Source of the DNA: Clostridia bacterium
Lineage (GTDB): Bacteria; Bacillota; Clostridia; UMGS1810
Direction: 5' to 3'
DNA length: 24,594 nt
Assembly (NCBI GenBank): GCA_017629325.1
Contig: JAGBXL010000229.1
Span: forward strand, 1-24,594
The translations under genes and the position numbers were made by a program. Within the stretch, counting starts at the first letter, position 1. Each line of letters opens with the position of its first letter. Under the pieces are notes generated by a model. It did not search any database, was not told the DNA's origin, and saw only the letters and a list, made by a program, of their open reading frames with translations. Below, piece by piece: positions 16,445 to 21,948 of the stretch.

Positions 16445-17140
16445 ATGCCAGATATACATGAATTTGAAAAAAATTTAGGATACAAATTCAAAAACATTGC
16501 ATATTTGAAGAATGCTCTCACCCACACATCATATATAAACGAACACAAGGATAAAAATATATCGTCTAACGAGCGAATAGAATTTCTTGGCGATTCGGTT
16601 TTGGGACTTTGCGTAAGCGAATACCTTTATTTAAACTATCGTAACCGCTCGGAAGGTGAGCTTTCAAAAATAAGAGCTTCGGTTGTTTGCGAAGCATCAC
16701 TTGCAAAGCTTGCAGCATCTTTGGAGCTCGGGAAATATATGATTATGGGAAAGGGCGAACTGCAATCCGGCGGAAACGAAAAACCGTCAGTAACATCTGA
16801 TGCAATGGAATCGGTTATTGCCGCCATTTATTTAGACAGCAGCTTTGACAATATTAAAAAAATGGTTTTAAACTGGCTCACCCCTTCTATTATAGAAGCA
16901 GCGGAGCATAGAGGCAGAGAAACCGACTATAAATCTGTGCTTCAGGAATACTGCCAAAGCAGAGGAATGTTTCCTATATATGAGCTTATTTCGGAATCGG
17001 GCCCCGATCATGAAAAAACCTTTGAGGTTAGCCTCACGTGTGGCAAATGCGGCAGCCTCAGAGCCAAAGGCTCAAACAAGAAAAAAGCCCAGCAGGAAGC
17101 TGCAAGGATTATGCTTGAAAAACTAAATATTAAATTTTAA
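16445..17140 (+). CDS. rnc: Ribonuclease III
   Basis: ALTHTSY, NERIEFLGDSVL signature, DAMESVIAAIYLD and a dsRBD (DYKSVLQE...GPDH...KKKAQQEAA). Confidence 0.97.
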   Translation: MPDIHEFEKNLGYKFKNIAYLKNALTHTSYINEHKDKNISSNERIEFLGDSVLGLCVSEYLYLNYRNRSEGELSKIRASVVCEASLAKLAASLELGKYMIMGKGELQSGGNEKPSVTSDAMESVIAAIYLDSSFDNIKKMVLNWLTPSIIEAAEHRGRETDYKSVLQEYCQSRGMFPIYELISESGPDHEKTFEVSLTCGKCGSLRAKGSNKKKAQQEAARIMLEKLNIKF

Positions 17141-17145
17141 AGGAG

Positions 17146-17181
17146 ATGTAAAAATAATCCAGACCGCAAAAGGCAGAAATA
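17146..17181 (+). repeat. 36-bp direct repeat, copy 1
   Basis: ATGTAAAAATAATCCAGACCGCAAAAGGCAGAAATA, 32/36 identical to 23806-23841. Confidence 0.85.
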
Positions 17182-17234
17182 AAAGCAAATAAAAATATTT
17201 ATGATGAATTAAACAATAAGAATTTTGTATATGT

Positions 17235-17276
17235 AGGAAAATATTGTAGTTTTACAATATTTTCCTCTTATTTTAT
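17235..17276 (+). terminator. Intrinsic terminator after acpP-rnc
   Basis: AGGAAAATATTGTA-GTTT-TACAATATTTTCCT perfect 14-bp stem followed by CTTATTTTAT. Confidence 0.7.
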
Positions 17277-17286
17277 GCCTTTTGCT

Positions 17287-17379
17287 ATGAACAAAGTTCA
17301 CCGCTCGCAGTACCTTTGTACAGCTTCGGGTTATCACCCCAAGTAAGAATATATCTTACTTGGGGCTCACTTTGTTCAT
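17287..17379. repeat. Y-shaped (three-way junction) palindromic element, REP/MITE-like
   Basis: Outer stem ATGAACAAAGT/ACTTTGTTCAT, arm A CCG..GCAGTAC-CTTT-GTACAGC..CGG, arm B CCCCAAGTAAGA-ATATA-TCTTACTTGGGG. Confidence 0.7.
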
Positions 17380-17402
17380 TCTAAATCATTTTTCCTATCT
17401 CC

Positions 17403-17446
17403 AAAGGGGTTGTAAAAAATTCGATTGAATTTTCTACAACCCCTTT
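17403..17446. terminator. 20-bp hairpin (GGGGTTGTAAAAAA family), likely terminator of the znu operon
   Basis: AAAGGGGTTGTAAAAAATTC-GATT-GAATTTTCTACAACCCCTTT with one mismatch, 7 nt beyond the znuB stop. Confidence 0.7.
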
Positions 17447-17453
17447 TCTATAA

Positions 17454-18266
17454 TTATTGTTTTTTAACAGACAAAAGAAAAAATAATACAAACATTATAA
17501 GATTTACCACTGTTATGCATGCTCCTGTTGGAATAGCATCAAACACAAGAGTAAGTAAAAATCCAATGCAAAAGCTCACTAACGAAATTATAGCAGAACA
17601 AAGAGTTACAGCTTTAAACGATTTAAATACTCTCATTGCCGAAAGTGCCGGAAAAACAATAAGGCTGGATATTAATAGTGCACCCATAAGACGCATTCCA
17701 ATAACAACGGTAAGAGCTGTTAAAACTGCCAGCAGGTTTTCAATAAAGCCTACATTCGAGCCTGTTGCCTTTGAAAAATCTGCATCAAATGTAACAGAAA
17801 AAATTCTGTGATAAAAAAAGATAAAACAAATAAGCACCACCCCGCAAAGAACGAGTGAAAAAGCAAGGTCGTTTTGGCTCACAGAATAAAGACTCCCTAT
17901 AAGATAGCTATTCATATCGGTGCCCGAGCCGCTATATGAAATCATTATTATACCAAGGGCAAGAGCACCCGATGATATCATAGCAATTAGAGAATCGCCC
18001 TTCATTTTTCTGCCACCTAAACGAAAGAGCAAAAGCGACGCCAAGGCTGATGAGGGAAGAGCAAATTTTAAGGGTGCAAAGCCAAAAGCGGCAGCTATTG
18101 CCATGGCCCCAAAGCTAATGTGGGAAAGGCCGTCGCCTATCATGGAAAGACGCCTTAAAACAATTGTTACACCAAGTAGTGATGCACATAGGCTCACTGC
18201 AAGCCCTGCAAGAAAGGCACGGGATATAAAATCATAATTTGATATAAGATAAATTATTTCTTTCAT
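17454..18266 (-). CDS. znuB: Zn/Mn-type metal ABC transporter permease (ZnuB/ABC-3 family)
   Basis: GVTIVLRRLSMIGDGLSH, YLIGSL, TFDADFSKATG and MRLMGALLISSLIVFPA. ATGA overlap with znuC. Confidence 0.9.
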   Translation of the reverse strand: MKEIIYLISNYDFISRAFLAGLAVSLCASLLGVTIVLRRLSMIGDGLSHISFGAMAIAAAFGFAPLKFALPSSALASLLLFRLGGRKMKGDSLIAMISSGALALGIIMISYSGSGTDMNSYLIGSLYSVSQNDLAFSLVLCGVVLICFIFFYHRIFSVTFDADFSKATGSNVGFIENLLAVLTALTVVIGMRLMGALLISSLIVFPALSAMRVFKSFKAVTLCSAIISLVSFCIGFLLTLVFDAIPTGACITVVNLIMFVLFFLLSVKKQ

Positions 18267-18961
18267 TCTTCTCCCCCTTTCGATTTAGTAAAGCTTTTGA
18301 TGTATTCTTCACTGCTTCCAAAATAAAGCATTTCCGATTCACCCAGATGCAAAACCTTTGATGCATATTTAACCGCATTTTCTATATCGTGAGAAATCAT
18401 TATAACCGTCATTCCCTTTGAGGAAAGCTCCGATATTATGCGGTAAAAATCTTGAACTGCCGATGAATCAAGGGCGGAGGTTGGCTCGTCTAAAATAAGT
18501 AGCTTTTTTGCCGCACAAAGTGCCCTTGCAAGAAGAACTCTTTGCTGCTGTCCGCCCGAAAGCTCATGATAGCATTTTTTAGAAAGCTCCGTTATTTCAA
18601 GCTTTTCCATAATTTCAGACAACTTTTTTGTTTGTGATGCTCTGTAAAAGGGCATAAATCCCATGCCGCCTAAAAAAGCAGACAATATAACCTCTTTTAC
18701 TCCGGCAGGAAAATCTCTTTGAACATCTGTTTGCTGAGGAAGATAGCCTATATGCTTTTTCTTAAGGTTTTTATTAAAATGAAGTGTGCCGCCGTCGGCT
18801 TTTTTAAGAGATGTTAAAACCTTTAAAAGAGTTGTTTTTCCTGTGCCATTTTCACCTGCAATGCACAAAAAATCGCCCTCTTCTATTTTAAAGCTCACAT
18901 TTTCTATAACCTTTTTTCCTGCATAAGACACGCTTAGGTTTTTTGCTTCTATAAGGGGCAT
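18263..18961 (-). CDS. znuC: Metal ABC transporter ATP-binding protein
   Basis: Walker A GENGTGKT, GYLPQQ, LSGGQQQRVLLARAL, Walker B LLILDEPT and H-loop ISHD. TAATG overlap with znuA. Confidence 0.92.
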   Translation of the reverse strand: MPLIEAKNLSVSYAGKKVIENVSFKIEEGDFLCIAGENGTGKTTLLKVLTSLKKADGGTLHFNKNLKKKHIGYLPQQTDVQRDFPAGVKEVILSAFLGGMGFMPFYRASQTKKLSEIMEKLEITELSKKCYHELSGGQQQRVLLARALCAAKKLLILDEPTSALDSSAVQDFYRIISELSSKGMTVIMISHDIENAVKYASKVLHLGESEMLYFGSSEEYIKSFTKSKGGEE

Positions 18962-19947
18962 TACAACAGAGCCTCCTTTAAATTTTTTATGTTTTGTTCC
19001 ATAAGTTCTGCATAGGTTTTTCCGCTTTCAAATTCCTCGGTACTAACATTCTGGCATGAATGAAGTAATAGAGGTTTTGCACCTGTTTTTTCAGAAACGG
19101 TTTTTGCCATTTTTTTATTTGAAAGCTCTATATGAAAAACACTTTTAACAGAGTGGTTTTTTATTTCTTCTATCATTTCGGCTATGTGTTTAGGCCCTGC
19201 ATCGCCCTCGGAAGAGCAAACCGAAAAAAGTGCCATATAATGAAATCCATAGTCCTTTGCTAAATACAAAAAAGGAAATCTGTCGGCAACGGCAATAAGC
19301 TTATGGCTCGATTCTTTTGAGATTTTTCTAAGCTCATCGTCTATTCTTTCAAGCCTTTTTGTATATGCCTTTGCATTTTTTTGATATTCTTCTTTTTTAT
19401 CAGGGTTAATCTCACACAAAACCCTTGCGATTTCGTTTGTTAAAACAAAAGCATTTTTAGGGCTTGTCCACACATGCTCATCGTATGTATGATTGTGGTG
19501 CTTAAGCTCGTGCAAATGTTTGTGGCCTTCATCGCATATATGGCTATGAAAAGAAGAGCTTTCTTCATAAAGCTTTATTCCCTCTGTTTCCATAAAGGAT
19601 ATAATTTTTAAATCCTTATTTTTAGAGTTGGAAAGAATTTTTCTAACCCATTCTTCCGATTCGCCACCGTTACAAATTAAAACATCGGCTTCTTCTATTG
19701 CAATAATGTCTGAAAGTGCCGGCTCGTAGCTATGGCTGTCAAACCCCGGGCGTATGAGCATTTTTATGCCCTTGTCGTTTCCGCAAACGCTTCTTGCAAG
19801 GTCGTATTGAGGAAAGCCAACCGCAACAATTTTTGGAAATTCGCTCTTTGTTTTTTCTGCACTTTTGCTGCATGAGCACAAAATGCCTGCACTCAAAAGG
19901 CAAAAAGCAAATATTTTAATAAGCTTTATAATTTGTTTTTTCATCAT
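18961..19947 (-). CDS. znuA: Cluster A-I metal-binding lipoprotein (ZnuA/AdcA-like) with His-rich loop
   Basis: Lipobox ILCSC, DSHSYEP, a His-rich loop (8 His) and DEHVWTSP. Start is ATG 19947 or 19944, just after the Fur-family gene stop. Confidence 0.88.
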   Translation of the reverse strand: MMKKQIIKLIKIFAFCLLSAGILCSCSKSAEKTKSEFPKIVAVGFPQYDLARSVCGNDKGIKMLIRPGFDSHSYEPALSDIIAIEEADVLICNGGESEEWVRKILSNSKNKDLKIISFMETEGIKLYEESSSFHSHICDEGHKHLHELKHHNHTYDEHVWTSPKNAFVLTNEIARVLCEINPDKKEEYQKNAKAYTKRLERIDDELRKISKESSHKLIAVADRFPFLYLAKDYGFHYMALFSVCSSEGDAGPKHIAEMIEEIKNHSVKSVFHIELSNKKMAKTVSEKTGAKPLLLHSCQNVSTEEFESGKTYAELMEQNIKNLKEALL

Positions 19948-19952
19948 GTTTC

Positions 19953-20348
19953 CTATCCGCAATTTTTGCATGTTCCATAAAGTGTTGTTTTTGAATTATC
20001 AACATTAAATCCGTGATTTTGGCTTATATGATTTGTCATATCCTTTAAAAAGCTGCAATCCATGTGGAAAAGAGTTCCGCATTTAACGCACTTAAGGTGA
20101 AAATGAGAAGCACATTCCCTTTTACCCTCGTTATACTGATAGTAGCTTCCGCCACCGCCTTCGGATATAAATTTTTTTAAAAGCCCCTCTTCCACAAACT
20201 TTGAAAGTGTGCGATATATTGTGGCTTCGCCTAAATGTACCTCTGAATTTTTTATTATGTCTTTTGCAAGAAAGCAGCTTTCTTTGTTTGCCTTAAAAAA
20301 CTCTAAAAGGCTCTCTCTTTGTTTGGTTTTATAGCTTTTAGCGTCCAC
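19953..20348 (-). CDS. Fur-family metalloregulator (probably Zur)
   Basis: TKQRESLL, LGEATIYRTL helix, HFHLKCVKCG and YGTCKNC (two CxxC). GTG start with SD GGGGTG, first gene of the znu operon. Confidence 0.9.
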   Translation of the reverse strand: MDAKSYKTKQRESLLEFFKANKESCFLAKDIIKNSEVHLGEATIYRTLSKFVEEGLLKKFISEGGGGSYYQYNEGKRECASHFHLKCVKCGTLFHMDCSFLKDMTNHISQNHGFNVDNSKTTLYGTCKNCG

Positions 20349-20365
20349 GGTATCACCCCCGATTT

Positions 20366-20384
20366 GATAGTGAGTATCATTTTC
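20366..20384 (-). promoter_or_regulatory. Fur-type operator over the predicted transcription start of the zur-znuACB operon
   Basis: GAAAATGATACTCACTATC matches the classical GATAATGATAATCATTATC box at 16/19 and is flanked by TTT/AAA. Confidence 0.8.
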
Positions 20385-20386
20385 AA

Positions 20387-20415
20387 ATTATAACATAAGG
20401 GCTTTTAAAAGTCAA
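20387..20415 (-). promoter_or_regulatory. sigmaA-type promoter (extended -10) of zur-znuACB
   Basis: TTGACT-17 bp-TATAAT with TG-N before the -10. Confidence 0.85.
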
Positions 20416-20471
20416 ATAATAAAAGATGCTTTTTGTCGCTATTTATCGACAAAAAGCATCTTTTATTATTT
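20414..20471 (-). terminator. 25-bp perfect inverted repeat; terminator of the SLH gene
   Basis: AAATAATAAAAGATGCTTTTTGTCG-CTATTTAT-CGACAAAAAGCATCTTTTATTATTT. Confidence 0.8.
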
Positions 20472-20478
20472 TATGTTA

Positions 20479-21183
20479 TTATTTTGCTTCACGTATTGTT
20501 CTTAAGGTTTGAAGCTCTACCCCATTTTTGCCGTCCATTATTATGTAGCTTTCAACTGCTCCAAAACCATTCTGTTTCATTAAAGGAACATCAAGAGCCT
20601 TGTGTATTATGTCGCACATTTCCTGACCATTTATATTATGATCTTGTGCATAAGGGTAAAGAATAAGGCCCAGTTCATTTGCAACAGTAAGGTAGCCTTG
20701 GGGATAACCGCCTTTTTGAATAGCTTTCGGCTCATAGCCAAGAACTGTTATAATTGTTTTTACTGCTTCATTATATGTAATATCTTTATCGGGAAGGAAA
20801 AGAGAGTTTCCGTAGCCATTCATAATACCGCTTCCAGAAACATAGTTTATAGATGAAAAATATGGGTTTTTAGAAGATACATCTATAAAATCACAGCTTC
20901 TTTTCTCACCTGTCATATTAAAAACTTCTAATTTATCATAGCCGTCTAGCTGTGTGATTATTCTTGCCATTTCACCGCGGGTTATGGCTCCATAAGGACT
21001 TATTCTCATATCCCCATCGCTCATTATTCCCATATCACCAAGCTGTCCCATTTCTGAACGCATTGTTATGGTGCCGTTTGATTCAACATAATAATCAGGC
21101 GGATTGCCTGCATTATCTGCAAAAGCACACACAGATGCAAAAAGAGATACAATGATTAAAGAGATTAAACAAATTTTTTTCAT
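20479..21183 (-). CDS. Secreted S-layer homology (SLH) domain protein with no recognisable catalytic domain
   Basis: Sec signal peptide (MKK...VCAFA|DN), ITRGEMARII, FIDVSSKNPYFSSINYVSGSGIMNGYGNSLFLPDKDITYNEA and GYLTVANELGLI SLH motifs. Start re-called to ATG 21183 (SD AAAGGA). Confidence 0.8.
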   Translation of the reverse strand: MKKICLISLIIVSLFASVCAFADNAGNPPDYYVESNGTITMRSEMGQLGDMGIMSDGDMRISPYGAITRGEMARIITQLDGYDKLEVFNMTGEKRSCDFIDVSSKNPYFSSINYVSGSGIMNGYGNSLFLPDKDITYNEAVKTIITVLGYEPKAIQKGGYPQGYLTVANELGLILYPYAQDHNINGQEMCDIIHKALDVPLMKQNGFGAVESYIIMDGKNGVELQTLRTIREAK

Positions 21184-21279
21184 ATAAATCGTCCTTTCTA
21201 TATTTGGTAATTTAATTGTATCATAAAGGTATTTGGAATAAAATGCCTGCAATATGTTTGTAATTTTTATTTAAACATA

Positions 21280-21308
21280 TTGACATTTAATAGAAAAACG
21301 CATATAAT
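21280..21308 (+). promoter_or_regulatory. sigmaA-type promoter of the arsR-HMA-cadA operon
   Basis: Perfect TTGACA-17 bp-TATAAT. Confidence 0.9.
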
Positions 21309-21310
21309 AA

Positions 21311-21332
21311 CATTTGAACAGATGTTCAAATG
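21311..21332. promoter_or_regulatory. ArsR/SmtB-type operator (10-2-10 palindrome)
   Basis: CATTTGAACA-GA-TGTTCAAATG, with the TGAA-N6-TTCA core of SmtB/CzrA/CadC operators, overlapping the predicted start site. Confidence 0.88.
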
Positions 21333-21346
21333 AAAGGGTGAAAATT

Positions 21347-21703
21347 ATGAGCAGCACTATTCCCTCATGCGAATTTATGCATGCCCACGATGAAATTATT
21401 AACAGAGTTAAAAAGGATATGCCAGATGAAACATTGCTTTATGATTTGGCAGAGGTTTATAAGGTTTTTGCCGACAGCACACGAATAAAAATTCTTTATT
21501 GCCTTTTTGAAGCCGAAATGTGTGTTTGCGATATTGCCACACTTTTAGAGATGACAACATCTGCAATTTCACATCAATTAAGAGTTTTAAAGCAAGCAAA
21601 GCTTGTTAAATTCAGGCGTGATGGCAAAACTGTTTTTTATTCATTGGCAGATGACCATGTGAGAACCATCATAGGAATGGGAATGGAGCATATTTGCGAA
21701 TAA
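21347..21703 (+). CDS. ArsR/SmtB-family metal-sensing repressor (CadC/ZiaR-like)
   Basis: FADSTRIKIL, EMCVCDIA (alpha3 Cys), SAISHQLRVL and an alpha5 site D-x-H-x10-H-x2-E (DDHVRTIIGMGMEHICE), plus N-terminal Cys/His. Start re-called to ATG 21347. Confidence 0.92.
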   Translation: MSSTIPSCEFMHAHDEIINRVKKDMPDETLLYDLAEVYKVFADSTRIKILYCLFEAEMCVCDIATLLEMTTSAISHQLRVLKQAKLVKFRRDGKTVFYSLADDHVRTIIGMGMEHICE

Positions 21704-21730
21704 ATTTATATACGAAAGGAATTAAACGCT

Positions 21731-21937
21731 ATGAGAAAAATGATAAATGTAACAGGTCTTGACTGTGCACACTGTGCATCAGAATTTGAAGCTATTGTAA
21801 AAGGCTGCGAAGGCATTGAAAGTGCAAGCATGAATTTTATTTTAGAAAAAATGATTGTAAATGCAGTAGATGAAAAAGCTATTGAAAATGCTCTAAAAAA
21901 AGCTAAAGAAAAATTCCCAGATAGCGAAACAAATTAA
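21731..21937 (+). CDS. Stand-alone heavy-metal-associated (HMA) domain protein
   Basis: GLDCAHC CxxC motif and ferredoxin-like pattern (GIESASMNF). SD AAAGGA. Confidence 0.85.
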   Translation: MRKMINVTGLDCAHCASEFEAIVKGCEGIESASMNFILEKMIVNAVDEKAIENALKKAKEKFPDSETN

Positions 21938-21948
21938 GAGGTGAAAAT

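Noticed and set aside
6576-17140. Cluster of nucleic-acid enzymes (RNase Y, YmdB, YycJ, SSB-like, RNase HI, RNase III) as a dedicated system
   Set aside because: They lie in separate transcription units with independent promoters and are ordinary housekeeping genes. There is no shared motif or defence-type partner.
17425-18237. Plus-strand ORFs 17425-17811 and 17920-18237
   Set aside because: Antisense shadows of znuB.
20433-21155. Plus-strand ORFs 20433-20666, 20602-20856 and 20964-21155
   Set aside because: Antisense to the SLH gene or spanning its terminator, with no SD or motifs.
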